From an uncultured delta proteobacterium (GTDB lineage: Bacteria > Myxococcota_A > UBA9160 > UBA4427), in assembly GCA_963822965.1 (NCBI GenBank), contig CAWGJT010000005.1, positions 736,001-800,000 on the forward strand: a stretch of 64,000 bases of DNA, written 5' to 3'. Positions 17,539-27,580 of this stretch are shown here, one piece after another. The translations under genes were made by a program, and so were the position numbers. The notes under the pieces were generated by a model. It worked only from the letters and a program-made list of their open reading frames with translations. It did not search any database and was not told where the DNA came from. Within the stretch, counting starts at the first letter, position 1. Each line of letters begins with the position of its first letter.

Positions 17539-19008
17539 ATGCGGAACCTGTCGGGACTCGACGCGATCTTCCTCCGGGCCGAGACGCCCAGCACCCCCAT
17601 GAACGTGATCGCGACGATCGTCCTGGACCGCGGCCGCGCGGACGCTCTGTCCGGCGGCGGCGCTCGACGCCTCGATTTCGAGGCGATCGTCCAGCGGCTG
17701 GCCGAGCGGATCCATCTCATGACCCCCTTCCGCCAGCGGCTGGTGGAGACGCCCTTCGGGCTCGACCAGCCGGCCTGGATCGACGATCCCGACTTCGACC
17801 TGCGGGACCACGTGATGCAGGTGGTGGTCCCGTCGCCCGGCACCCGCGAGCACCTGGAGCGGGTGGTGGCCCGGATCGCCGAGCGGCCCCTGGACCGCAG
17901 CCGGCCCCTGTGGGAGCTGTGGGTGGTGGAGGGCCTGGAGGACGACCGGATGGCGATCGTCACGAAGGCCCACCACGCGGCCCTCGACGGCGTCTCCGGG
18001 GCGGCGCTGCTGCTGCATCTCTTCGATCGCCCGGAAGCCATCGAGCCGCTTCCGTCCGCCCAGGCCTGGCAGGGCGAACGCGAGCCCACGCCCGCCGAGC
18101 TGCTCTCGCGCGCCGCGGGCCGATTGCGGGAGCGCGGCGCCCACCTCGGCGACGCGGCGCGCTGCGCCGGAGGGAGCCTGGCGCGCATCCTGCGCTCCCG
18201 GATCGAGGCCGCCGCGCCGGTTCGAGACGCCGCCCTGCCCTTCACGGCCCCGACGACGAGCTGGAATCGTCCGCTGTCCACGCGACGCAGCGTCGCCTAC
18301 ACGCGGACGCCGCTCGACCAGGTCGCGACGATCCGCGCAGCCTTCGGCGGCACCATCAACGACGTGGTGCTGGCGGCCTGCACCGCCGCGCTCCGCGACT
18401 ACCTGATCGAGCACGACGAGCTGCCGGACGGCCCGCTCGTCGCCTCCATCCCGATCTCCACCCGCTCCTTCGACGACGGTCCCGGCGGCAACCACATCTC
18501 AGCGATGCTCGCCGCGCTGCCCGTCCACATCGACGAGCCGATGCACCGCTACTGGGAGGTGTGCCGCAGCGCCCGGGACGCGAAGCGCTTCCACGGCCTG
18601 CTGGGCGATCGCGCGATCGCGGCGTTCGCGGAGCTCAGCCCGGGCCCCCTGGTCGGCTCGGCGCTGCGCCTCTACTCGCGCTGGAAGCTGGCGAGCCTGC
18701 ACCGTCCGCTTCACAACCTGGTGATCTCGAACGTGCCGGGGCCGGGCGTCCGCCTCGCCCTGGCGGGCGCACCCGTCGAGGCCCTGCATCCCCACGGCCC
18801 GCTGATGGAGGGCGCCGGGCTGAACATCACGGTGATGAGCTACGCGGGATCCCTCGACATCGGCGTCCTCGCCTGCCGCGAGTCGCTGCCGCAAATCGGC
18901 CTGCTGGCGAACGGCATCGCGACCGCCATCGAAGCGCTCGCGAAGCAGGCCGACGAGGACCTCTCCGAGCACGCGGCGAAGAGCGTCCGCCTGCGGGCCG
19001 TGGGCTGA
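17539..19008 (+). CDS. Wax ester synthase/diacylglycerol acyltransferase (WS/DGAT)
   Basis: LSGLDAIFL..ETPSTPM, LDRSRPLWE, catalytic HHAALDG, TINDVVLA, NLVISNVPGP. Confidence 0.95.
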   Translation: MRNLSGLDAIFLRAETPSTPMNVIATIVLDRGRADALSGGGARRLDFEAIVQRLAERIHLMTPFRQRLVETPFGLDQPAWIDDPDFDLRDHVMQVVVPSPGTREHLERVVARIAERPLDRSRPLWELWVVEGLEDDRMAIVTKAHHAALDGVSGAALLLHLFDRPEAIEPLPSAQAWQGEREPTPAELLSRAAGRLRERGAHLGDAARCAGGSLARILRSRIEAAAPVRDAALPFTAPTTSWNRPLSTRRSVAYTRTPLDQVATIRAAFGGTINDVVLAACTAALRDYLIEHDELPDGPLVASIPISTRSFDDGPGGNHISAMLAALPVHIDEPMHRYWEVCRSARDAKRFHGLLGDRAIAAFAELSPGPLVGSALRLYSRWKLASLHRPLHNLVISNVPGPGVRLALAGAPVEALHPHGPLMEGAGLNITVMSYAGSLDIGVLACRESLPQIGLLANGIATAIEALAKQADEDLSEHAAKSVRLRAVG

Positions 19009-19054
19009 TTCCAGCCGACCCACCGCAGATCGTCGAAGTCGATCCACGTACCAG

Positions 19055-19132
19055 TCAGGTCCGTGTGTAGTGGATTCCGCCCTGCGGTCCGAATGTGCCG
19101 TGGCTCGCGTAGCGGGCTTCCCCAGAAGACAT
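19055..19132 (-). CDS. Possible 25-aa small protein MSSGEARYASHGTFGPQGGIHYTRT
   Basis: Strong Shine-Dalgarno AAAGGAGGT just upstream of the ATG, in a 520-bp intergenic gap. No homology recognised. Confidence 0.35.
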   Translation of the reverse strand: MSSGEARYASHGTFGPQGGIHYTRT

Positions 19133-19532
19133 CGCACCTCCTTTCCGATGAATGAGGGCCCCCGCCAGGGCGTCAGCGTCCATCGTCATGCACGTCCGTA
19201 ACGATGGGGCTCATTGTCACACAGCCAGAGCCAGGGAGCGTGCTTCTGGTGGACTGCCGCATCCGTGGCCCGGTACCAGCAGCGGGGAAGCACCCGCAGT
19301 CGGACGGGCGCCGCAGGAGCCCCGCGCCCCTTCGAAGAAGGCAATCACCGGGCCGACGTGCGATGAGCCCGGCGACGATTCGAACACCATCCGCGATCGG
19401 GAAGCGAACGCGAAGACGAGATCCGGATCTTGCGCGTCCAGAGTCTCTGTGGTCTCCTGCTTCGTAAGACGCGGTCATAGTGGCGGTAAGTAGTACAAAT
19501 TGTAGAAAGAAGAGCAGCGAAGAGGGAGCTCG

Positions 19533-19883
19533 ATGATGGCAGTCCAGGGCAAGCAACGTTCGAATCAGCGCGCCCGAGGGCTTGTCGCGCTCGCCGCCAT
19601 CCTGCTGGCAGGCCTGCTCGCGGGCGCGACGAACATCGCCCAGGCGGACGGCGCCGACGGGGTGGCGCTCTACGACAAGAACTGCGCCGGTTGTCACGGC
19701 GCGGAGGGCAAGGCCGACACCCCCATGGCGCAGGTCATGAAGGTTCCGGCGCTCGCGGGCACCAAGCTCGACGCCGACGCGATCGTGAAGCACGTCCGCG
19801 AGGCCAAGTCGCACGCCACACCCTCGCAGGCCCTGAGCGACGAGGACCTGGCCCAGGTGGCAGCGGCGGTGAAGGCCCTCTAG
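19533..19883 (+). CDS. Periplasmic monoheme cytochrome c (MtoD-like position)
   Basis: Signal peptide ending AQA, single CAGCH, C-terminal LSDEDLAQVAA class I helix. Confidence 0.92.
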   Translation: MMAVQGKQRSNQRARGLVALAAILLAGLLAGATNIAQADGADGVALYDKNCAGCHGAEGKADTPMAQVMKVPALAGTKLDADAIVKHVREAKSHATPSQALSDEDLAQVAAAVKAL

Positions 19884-19960
19884 TCGCGCGCACGCGCACG
19901 CGCGACGATTCCCGAAAGCGGTTGTTCCCCGATCGACCTTGCAGACCGGAGACCGAACTC

Positions 19961-20944
19961 GTGAAGACGTCTTCGAACGCGGTCACGAGCGCCTTCGTCC
20001 TGGCCCTCGCGGTACTCGCTACCAGCGCTCTCCCCGCGCGACTCGCACTCGCCGAGGACCCTGCGCAACCCGAGGCGGCGGCCCCGCAGGCCCCGATGGC
20101 CGCCGGGCACGCGGACTACGTCGGGGATGCCGTATGCCTCGGCTGCCACGAGAAGCTGAAGCCGGGGCTCACGGAGAGCTACCAGCAGACGATCCACTAT
20201 CGCGTCCTGAACGAGAAGAACGGCACGACACCTCTCATGCAGCACGGGTGCGAGGCCTGCCACGGTCCTGGCGGCGACCACGCCCGCGCAGGCGGCGGCA
20301 AGGGCAAGGGCAACATGCTCGAGTTCGAGGGGCACACCCCGGAAGACGTGCACCGCGAGAACGACGCTTGCCTCCAGTGCCACCGCGGCGGGGAGCGCCT
20401 CTACTGGGAGGGCAGCGCCCACCCGAGCCGCGACGTCGGCTGTGCCTCCTGCCATTCGATCATGCACAACGTCTCCGGTCGCAATCAGCTCGCGCGAGCG
20501 ACGGTGGTCGACACCTGCGGCGGGTGCCACCGCCTGCAGAAGGCCCGGCAGATGCGCAACGCCCACATGCCCCTGCGCGAAGGCAAGATGGACTGCACGT
20601 CCTGCCACAACCCCCACGGCACCATCGCCGACTCGCTGATCGCGGCGAACACGGTCAACGACCAGTGCTACGAGTGCCACGCGGACAAGCGGGGCCCCTA
20701 CCTGTGGGAGCACGCGCCGGTGCGCGAGAGCTGTCTCACCTGCCATGAGCCGCACGGAGCCACGCGCGACCACATGCTCAAGCTCGGGGTGCCGCGACTG
20801 TGCCAGAGCTGCCACATCCCGACCCGGCACCCGACCGATCCCCGGAATCCGGATGAACGCTTCGTGCTCGGCCAGGCCTGTCTGAACTGCCACCCGATGG
20901 TGCACGGCTCGAACCATCCGTCGGGCAGCGCCTTCACCCGCTGA
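19961..20944 (+). CDS. mtrA: Decaheme cytochrome c, DmsE/MtrA/MtoA/PioA family
   Basis: Exactly 10 CxxCH. Family motifs CEACHGPG, KRGPYLWEHAPV, HGSNHPSG. Signal peptide. Confidence 0.95.
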   Translation: MKTSSNAVTSAFVLALAVLATSALPARLALAEDPAQPEAAAPQAPMAAGHADYVGDAVCLGCHEKLKPGLTESYQQTIHYRVLNEKNGTTPLMQHGCEACHGPGGDHARAGGGKGKGNMLEFEGHTPEDVHRENDACLQCHRGGERLYWEGSAHPSRDVGCASCHSIMHNVSGRNQLARATVVDTCGGCHRLQKARQMRNAHMPLREGKMDCTSCHNPHGTIADSLIAANTVNDQCYECHADKRGPYLWEHAPVRESCLTCHEPHGATRDHMLKLGVPRLCQSCHIPTRHPTDPRNPDERFVLGQACLNCHPMVHGSNHPSGSAFTR

Positions 20945-20968
20945 TCCCACGGGACGAGGAGGACCGTC

Positions 20969-23119
20969 ATGACCCGATCCGCCATCCCGTCTTCCTCGAT
21001 CCTCATGATCGCCGCTGCGTTTGCGATCGCCCTCGTGCCAGCTGTCCCGGCCGCCGCCGACACCGAGGTGGGTGGAGCCGTCGTCTCCGGCGACGCCGAA
21101 GTCGGCGGGCGCGTGATCACCGGTGACGACTGGGGTGGCGGTGGGAAGTTCGACGAGTACCGCGCCATCAGCCCCGGCGTGGTCGGCAGCGGGAACCTCC
21201 TCGTCGAAGACTCCGAACGGATGCGCTACGTGCGGAGCGTGGTCGACTTCGTGGACGAGGACGACCAGCACTACGAGCTGGGGATCGGGCGCTGGGGTCA
21301 CTACGGCCTCGAGATGAGCTTCGACAACTTCCCGCACAACTACAGCTCGAACGCGGTGACACCGCTGTCCCGCGGCCAGAACGGCAAGCTCTTCCTGCCC
21401 CAGAGCTGGGACTTCACCGCCGCGAACACCGATCTCGGCGCCGAGGTGGACGCGAACCTCCGCCCGCGCAATCTCGGCTTCCGCCTGCTCGAGGGCAAGG
21501 TCCGCAGCTTCTACAAGCCGATCGAAGGGCTGGAGCTCACCACCGGCTACAGCATCCAGGACAAGCAGGGCACACAGCCGGGCAGCATCACCTTCGGCTT
21601 CGGCGGCGGCTTCGTGAACATCGCGAAGCCCATCGACGACCGCACCCACGACTTCTTCGCCGGCGCGAGCTACGCGGCCGAGAGCTGGAGCCTGGGCATC
21701 CAGTACGAGGGCTCGTTCTACGAGAACGAGCTCAACTCGATCACGGTGCAGAACTTCCTGAACCAGACGGATTCGATCGACGCGCCGGCGTTCGGCCGTA
21801 ACTCGGTTGCGCCGGACAACTCGGCGCACCTCGTCAGCGTCTCGGGCGCGGCGGTGATCCCCACCGCCTTCCCGTCGCGACTGGCGGGTACCTTCTCCTA
21901 CGGCATCCGCCTGCAAGACGACAACTTCATCCCCTACACGATCAACACGGCACTCGCCCCGGGCGCGCTGCCACAGTCCGACCTCAACGGCGAGGTGCAG
22001 ACCCTCCTCGGCAACCTCGTCTATAGCGCCCGCCCGATGGACAAGATGAACGTCGAGGCGCGCTATCGCATCTACGACCTCGACAACAAATCGGACCACA
22101 TCACCTTCGACTCACGCGTGCCCTACGACGACGACGTCGCGGTCGGCACCTTCACGACCGAGCTCTACGACTACCGCCGCCAGAACGGCGACCTCGACGT
22201 CTCCTACCGCGTGAGCGACCCCGCGACCCTCCACATGGGATTCAACTGGGAGAACTGGCGCCGCAGCCAGAACCGGGAGGTGCGCCACAGCAACGAGCTC
22301 ACCGGCAGCATCGGCGGCGACTACCGGGTGACGGAGTGGGCGACGATCAAGACGGAGGTCTCCCTGGGCGACAAGGAGGGGACCTACTTCACGATCGGCT
22401 CGATCCAGCTTCCCGAGCTGCGGAAGTACGACGAGGCCGACCGGCTGCGCGTCGCGACGGACTGGCGCCTGATGATGGTTCCCACGGAGCTGGTGGTCGT
22501 GAGCCTCTCGGGAGGCGTCACCCACGACGACTATTCGAACTCGGACTTCGGGCTCGTCAAGGAGCACGCCTGGCACGCAGGCGTCGATGTCGAGTACAGC
22601 CCCTTCGACTGGATGAGCCTGGCCGCCTACTACGAGTACGACTACACCAAGCGGCAGCAGCGTTCGATGAACCGCAGCTCGACAGCCCAGCGTCCGGACG
22701 CCGAGCCGGATCGCGTCTGGGTGAGCAATGGCACGGACCAGGGCCACAACGTCGGCGTCGACATGAAGCTCGTGGTCGTGAAGGACCTGCTCGACGCCCG
22801 GCTCGGCTACCAGTTCCAGAAGGGCGACGCGGACACGGACGCCCGGCCGAACAACCCGAACGACCCGGCCACCGCGGGCGGTCCCGTCGACTTCCCGGAC
22901 ATCGACGACACCCTCAACATCCTGACGACCGAGCTCACCTGGCACGTGATGGAGAAGCTCGACCTGATCGGCGCCTACCGCTTCGAGGACTACCGGCACC
23001 AGAACTTCCAGACGGACCCGCTCGGCACCTACTTCGGCGGCAACGACGTCTACCTGGGCAACAAGGTGAACGACTACACCGCCCACGTGTTCACGGTCGG
23101 CGCCCGCTACGAGTTCTGA
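20969..23119 (+). CDS. mtrB: MtrB/MtoB/PioB family outer-membrane beta-barrel porin
   Basis: Directly downstream of the decaheme gene. KFDEYR, PIDDRT, APDNSAH, LRKYDEADR motifs. Terminal GARYEF. Confidence 0.92.
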   Translation: MTRSAIPSSSILMIAAAFAIALVPAVPAAADTEVGGAVVSGDAEVGGRVITGDDWGGGGKFDEYRAISPGVVGSGNLLVEDSERMRYVRSVVDFVDEDDQHYELGIGRWGHYGLEMSFDNFPHNYSSNAVTPLSRGQNGKLFLPQSWDFTAANTDLGAEVDANLRPRNLGFRLLEGKVRSFYKPIEGLELTTGYSIQDKQGTQPGSITFGFGGGFVNIAKPIDDRTHDFFAGASYAAESWSLGIQYEGSFYENELNSITVQNFLNQTDSIDAPAFGRNSVAPDNSAHLVSVSGAAVIPTAFPSRLAGTFSYGIRLQDDNFIPYTINTALAPGALPQSDLNGEVQTLLGNLVYSARPMDKMNVEARYRIYDLDNKSDHITFDSRVPYDDDVAVGTFTTELYDYRRQNGDLDVSYRVSDPATLHMGFNWENWRRSQNREVRHSNELTGSIGGDYRVTEWATIKTEVSLGDKEGTYFTIGSIQLPELRKYDEADRLRVATDWRLMMVPTELVVVSLSGGVTHDDYSNSDFGLVKEHAWHAGVDVEYSPFDWMSLAAYYEYDYTKRQQRSMNRSSTAQRPDAEPDRVWVSNGTDQGHNVGVDMKLVVVKDLLDARLGYQFQKGDADTDARPNNPNDPATAGGPVDFPDIDDTLNILTTELTWHVMEKLDLIGAYRFEDYRHQNFQTDPLGTYFGGNDVYLGNKVNDYTAHVFTVGARYEF

Positions 23120-23152
23120 GGACGAGCCCGCGCAGCCGGCGAGGTACAGCGG

Positions 23153-24067
23153 CTACGCGGCGTAGAAGTCCAGGAGCGCGGCGCCCAGCTCCGGCGGGTC
23201 GTGCATCGGCATCAGGTGGTCGATGTCCAGCTCGAGGAGCTTCGCGTCGGGGATGCGGGTCACCACTTCCTCGAAGACCACCATCGGGAAGTAGCCCCGC
23301 CCGGCCCGCACCAGCAGGGTCGGCGCCTCGATGCGGTGGGCCACGGTGAAGATGTCGAGCACACCGGTCGCGTCGAAGACCGATGCCTCGACCTCTCCCC
23401 GGCACTTGAGCTCCACCTGCCCGTCGCTGCGGTCGCGCATCCCCTCGTCGACGTAGAGCCGCAGGGCGCGGGGATCCCAGTTCCGGAACATCTCCTTGCC
23501 GGACCACACCTGGAGCGCCACGTCCCGGGACGGCCACACCTGCTGCCGCGCTCTCGCGGCCGCGGCCAGGGGATTGCCCCGGGAGCGGAAGTCCTCGGAG
23601 GACGCCCCCGGCATCTTCGCTCGCATCTCGTCGATCATGCCCTCGGGCGGGCGGATCACCGGGTCGAGCAGGGCCAGGTGCTCGAACAGTTCCGGCCGCA
23701 GCGCCGCCGCGTAGGCGGTGACGAGCCCGCCGAAGGAATTCCCGATCCCGTATGCGACCGGACCGCCGTGCTCCTCGGTCAGGCGCTCCGCCAGGGGGAT
23801 GAGATCCAGCACGAACTCCATCCACCGGTAGGCAGGTCCCGGAGGCGGAGAGGTGGAATCGCCGTGCCCCCGCGCGTCCAGGGCCACCACGCGGAAGTGC
23901 GGTCGGAGCTGCTCCGCCAGCAGCGCCCAGGTGCCGGCGCAGAAGCCGTTCGCGTGGTGCAGCAGCGCGAGCGGGCCGTCGCCGCCCCAGTCGAGCAGGG
24001 CGATCTCCATGTCCCGCCCGGGTAGCTCGACACGCCGCCGCGAGACGTCCACCAGCAGGGGATTCAC
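23153..24067 (-). CDS. Alpha/beta hydrolase
   Basis: LLHHANGF, ALDARGHGDS, nucleophile motif GNSFGG, C-terminal DHLMPM. Confidence 0.92.
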   Translation of the reverse strand: MNPLLVDVSRRRVELPGRDMEIALLDWGGDGPLALLHHANGFCAGTWALLAEQLRPHFRVVALDARGHGDSTSPPPGPAYRWMEFVLDLIPLAERLTEEHGGPVAYGIGNSFGGLVTAYAAALRPELFEHLALLDPVIRPPEGMIDEMRAKMPGASSEDFRSRGNPLAAAARARQQVWPSRDVALQVWSGKEMFRNWDPRALRLYVDEGMRDRSDGQVELKCRGEVEASVFDATGVLDIFTVAHRIEAPTLLVRAGRGYFPMVVFEEVVTRIPDAKLLELDIDHLMPMHDPPELGAALLDFYAA

Positions 24068-26361
24068 GCGGGACGCCCCCCACCCGCCGAACGGGGCTCG
24101 GCGGCGGAGTCCGCCGAGCGGGACCCGGCGGCGGAGTCTTCCGGGGATTCGTCAGGGGGCATGGCTGCGGATTCCACCTCTACGGGTAGCCCATTCAGGA
24201 TCGCGTTGCCGACGACGGGCTCGAGGCGCTGCTCGTCGGTGAGATCGTTGAGACTCACGCGGGCGTGCGCCTCGGCGAGAGGAATCTGCATGCCGGGCCG
24301 GTCGTGGCCCCAGCCGTGGGGCAGGCTCACGACGCCGGCCAGCATCTCGTCGGACACCTCGAGGCGTGCCACGACCTGCCCCACCCGGCTGCGGATGCGC
24401 ACCCGATCGCCGCTGCCGAGGCGCCGGCTCGCCGCATCCGCCGGGTGCATGAGCAGGGTGCAGCGGTCCCGCCCCTTCACGGCGAGGGGCACGTTGTGGA
24501 GCCAGGAGTTGTTCGTGCGGACATCGCGGCGTCCGACGAGCAGCAGGGAGCTCGTTTCGCAGGGCGGAGACCCGAGCTCCGCGCGCAAGCGCGCGAGCTC
24601 CGCGGTCATCACGGGGTGCCCGAGGTCGAGGCGCAGCCCCCGCGGCTCGAGCCACTCGCGCAGGGAAGGCCGCAGGGGGCCCAGGTCGACCCCGCGCGGC
24701 TCCGCCAGCAGGTCCCGCACCCGCAGCCCCCGGCGCCAGGGCCGGAAGCCGTCGCCGTACGGGCCCAGACGCAGCATCCAGTCGAGCACCCGGGTCGGGT
24801 GGAAGAAGCCCTTCGCCCGGCGCAGCGCCCGCAGCGCCAGCCGAACCGGGGGCCGGCGGGTCTTCTTCTCCGCGATCCGCAGCGCCAGCTCCACCAGGAT
24901 CTCCCACTCGTGCAGGGCGCCGGGCTCGCGCGGAAGCACCGGCGGCGAGTACTTCGCGCTGTTGTGCACCGCGAAGAGGTGGAAGACGATCTCGTAGTTC
25001 TCGCTCTCGAGCGACCACGTGGGCGGCAGGATGATCGACGCGTGGCGGGTCGTCTCGTTGCGGTAGATGTCCACGGACGCGCAGTACTCGAGGTCCTCGA
25101 AGGCGCGATCGAGCCGGCGTCCGTTGGGGGTCGAGAGCACGGGATTGCCCGCCACGGTCAGCATGCCGCGCAGCCGCCCCGGACCCGGCGTGAGCATCTC
25201 CTCGGCCATGCAGGCGGCGGGCTGCTCTCCGTTGAACGAGGGGGCGCCGCGCACGCGGGTCGTCCAGGCGGGCTTGTCCGCGCCCGGCATGCGCGACGTC
25301 AGCGCCGCGAGATCGACCGCCGGGTTGGCGTGCAGCACGCCCCCGGGCCGATCGAGATTGCCCGTCACCAGGTTGAGCACGTCCACGAGCCAGTTCGTGA
25401 GGGTCGCATAGGGGTGGAGAGAGGCGCCGACCCGCGCGTAGCAGGCGGCGCGGGGGGCGCCCAGGAACTCGACCGCCAGATCGCGGATCCGCTGCGCGGG
25501 AATCCCGAGCCGCTCTTCGACGGCTTCGGGCGCGAAGGCCGCGAGCGCCGCACGTAGCGCCGCCTCTCCGTCGACGAGGTCCGCGAGCGCGCCCCCGACG
25601 GTCGACCCCGCCGATCGCGCGCCCTCGTCTCCCGCGAGCGCCTTCTCGTGCAGCACCACGTACACGAGCGCGGCCAGCAGCAGTGCATCCAGCCCGGGAC
25701 GGATGAAGAGGTGCAGGTCGGCGAGCGCGGCCGTGGCCGTCCGCCGCGGGTCGACGACCACCAGTCGGCCGCCCCGCTCCTTCAGCTCCCGCAGCCGGCG
25801 ACGGATGCCCGGGGCGGTCATCAGGCTGCCATTGGAGACCACGGGATTCGCCCCGATCACCAGCAGGAAGTCGGTCCGGTCGACGTCGGGGACCGCGATC
25901 TTGAACACATTGCCGAACAGGTAGAGGCTCGAGGCGTGCTTCGGATTCTGGTCGCAGGAGCTCGCGGTGTACTGGTTGTGCGAGCGGAGGGCGCTTCGCA
26001 GGAGGGAGATGGTGGCGACGGTGCCGAAGCTGTGGGCACCCGGGTTGCCGAGATACATGCCGACGGCGTCGTCGCCGTCGCGGAGCTGGATGCGCGCGAG
26101 GTTCTCAGCCACCTCGTCCAGCGCCTCTTCCCAGGAGATCTCCTCCCAGCCGGCTTCACTGCGGCGAATCGGGCGCCGCAGCCGCGCGGGGTCGCGCTGC
26201 ACCTCCTGGAGCGCGATCGCCTTCGGGCAGATGTGCCCCCGGCTCAGCGGGTCGTCCTCGTCGGCGCGGATGCGGACGACGCGCCCGTCGTCGACGTCGA
26301 CGAGCAGCCCGCAGCACGCTTCGCACAGGTTGCACGTCTTGCGGACGGTGCGGGGGCTCAC
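24064..26361 (-). CDS. Molybdopterin (bis-MGD) oxidoreductase with N-terminal [4Fe-4S] motif, no Tat leader
   Basis: TCNLCEACCGL...GHICPK, GANPVVSNGS, VVVDPRRT, NNSWLHN, GVVSLPHGWGH. Confidence 0.93.
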   Translation of the reverse strand: MSPRTVRKTCNLCEACCGLLVDVDDGRVVRIRADEDDPLSRGHICPKAIALQEVQRDPARLRRPIRRSEAGWEEISWEEALDEVAENLARIQLRDGDDAVGMYLGNPGAHSFGTVATISLLRSALRSHNQYTASSCDQNPKHASSLYLFGNVFKIAVPDVDRTDFLLVIGANPVVSNGSLMTAPGIRRRLRELKERGGRLVVVDPRRTATAALADLHLFIRPGLDALLLAALVYVVLHEKALAGDEGARSAGSTVGGALADLVDGEAALRAALAAFAPEAVEERLGIPAQRIRDLAVEFLGAPRAACYARVGASLHPYATLTNWLVDVLNLVTGNLDRPGGVLHANPAVDLAALTSRMPGADKPAWTTRVRGAPSFNGEQPAACMAEEMLTPGPGRLRGMLTVAGNPVLSTPNGRRLDRAFEDLEYCASVDIYRNETTRHASIILPPTWSLESENYEIVFHLFAVHNSAKYSPPVLPREPGALHEWEILVELALRIAEKKTRRPPVRLALRALRRAKGFFHPTRVLDWMLRLGPYGDGFRPWRRGLRVRDLLAEPRGVDLGPLRPSLREWLEPRGLRLDLGHPVMTAELARLRAELGSPPCETSSLLLVGRRDVRTNNSWLHNVPLAVKGRDRCTLLMHPADAASRRLGSGDRVRIRSRVGQVVARLEVSDEMLAGVVSLPHGWGHDRPGMQIPLAEAHARVSLNDLTDEQRLEPVVGNAILNGLPVEVESAAMPPDESPEDSAAGSRSADSAAEPRSAGGGRPA

Positions 26362-26377
26362 CCGGTGAGCAGATCCG

Positions 26378-27580
26378 TCATACGGATCCGGGCTGGTAGC
26401 GGAGCGGCAGGCCGGAGAAGCCCCGCACGTTGCTCGAGTGCATGCGCTCGACGCCCGCTTGGTCGACCGCGTACTCCGGCATGCGCGCCAGCACCTCTTC
26501 GAGGGCGATGCGCGACTCGAGGCGCGCCAGGCTCGCCCCGAGGCAGAAGTGACGCCCGTAGCCGAAGCCGAGGTGCTGCAGGGTCTCCCGGCGGACGTCG
26601 TAGCGGTCGGGATCCGGGAAGCGCCGCGGATCGCGGCCGCTGGCCCCGTTGATGATCAACAGGCGCGCGTCCTTGGGGATCCGCCGACCGTCGACCTCCG
26701 CGTCCCGCATCAGCACCCGCCCCTGGTACTGGGAGGGCGGGTCGTAGCGCAGGGTCTCCTCGACGGCGTTTCGACACAGCGTGGGATCCTCGACCAGGGC
26801 GCGGCGCTGGTCGGGATTCGCGTCCAGCCAGTAATAGGCGGTGGCGAGCAGCTTCGTCACGGTCTCGTTGCCCGCGGTCGCCAACAGGTTGAAGAACGAC
26901 GTGATCTCGAGGTCGCTGAGGCGGTGCTTGTGGCCGTCTTCCTCGATCTCGGCCTGGGTGAGCAGGGTCATGATGTCGTCCCGCGGCTGGCGCCGGCGAT
27001 CCTCGAGAGCTTCGGTGAAGTACGCAGAGAGCTGCCCCATCGACTGCAGGCCCTGGGTAGTGGGCATCGGGTTGCCGGCGTCGCGGTGGAGGATGTCGTT
27101 CGACCAGCCGCGCACCATGTCGCGGTCGCTCTCCGGGATGCCCAGCAGGGTGCTGATCACGTCCATCGGGAGCTTGGCAGTGAACTCCTTCACGATGTCG
27201 CAGACGCCGTCGCCGCGCTCGAAGATCGGGTCGAGGTGTCGGCGCGCGATGCCCCGGATGGCGGGCTCGAGCTCGCCGATCCGGCGCAGGGTGAACGCCT
27301 TGTTGACCAGGTTGCGCATGCGCGTCTGCCTCGGGGGATCCATGAAGATCATCAGCGACCCGGTGATCTCCCGCATCCCCATCAGCTCGAGCACCGTGCC
27401 CCTGGCGGAGCTGTAGGTCTCCCAGTCGATGAAGGCCTCGAGGCAGTGGTCGAAGCGCGTGAGCGCCCAGAAATCGAGCCCCTCGTTGTAGTAGACGGGC
27501 TCGTGCTCCAGCAGGTGCCGATAGACGGGGTAGGGATCGTCGTCGATCTCGTAGGAATAGGGATCGTACTCGACCGTCAT
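26378..27580 (-). CDS. Cytochrome P450
   Basis: AGNETV I-helix, EETLR, FGYGRHFCLG heme-thiolate loop. Confidence 0.96.
   Translation of the reverse strand: MTVEYDPYSYEIDDDPYPVYRHLLEHEPVYYNEGLDFWALTRFDHCLEAFIDWETYSSARGTVLELMGMREITGSLMIFMDPPRQTRMRNLVNKAFTLRRIGELEPAIRGIARRHLDPIFERGDGVCDIVKEFTAKLPMDVISTLLGIPESDRDMVRGWSNDILHRDAGNPMPTTQGLQSMGQLSAYFTEALEDRRRQPRDDIMTLLTQAEIEEDGHKHRLSDLEITSFFNLLATAGNETVTKLLATAYYWLDANPDQRRALVEDPTLCRNAVEETLRYDPPSQYQGRVLMRDAEVDGRRIPKDARLLIINGASGRDPRRFPDPDRYDVRRETLQHLGFGYGRHFCLGASLARLESRIALEEVLARMPEYAVDQAGVERMHSSNVRGFSGLPLRYQPGSV

Noticed and set aside
19055..19057. TGA of the small ORF as selenocysteine
   Set aside because: No recognisable SECIS hairpin or redox motif, and the read-through sequence looks non-coding.
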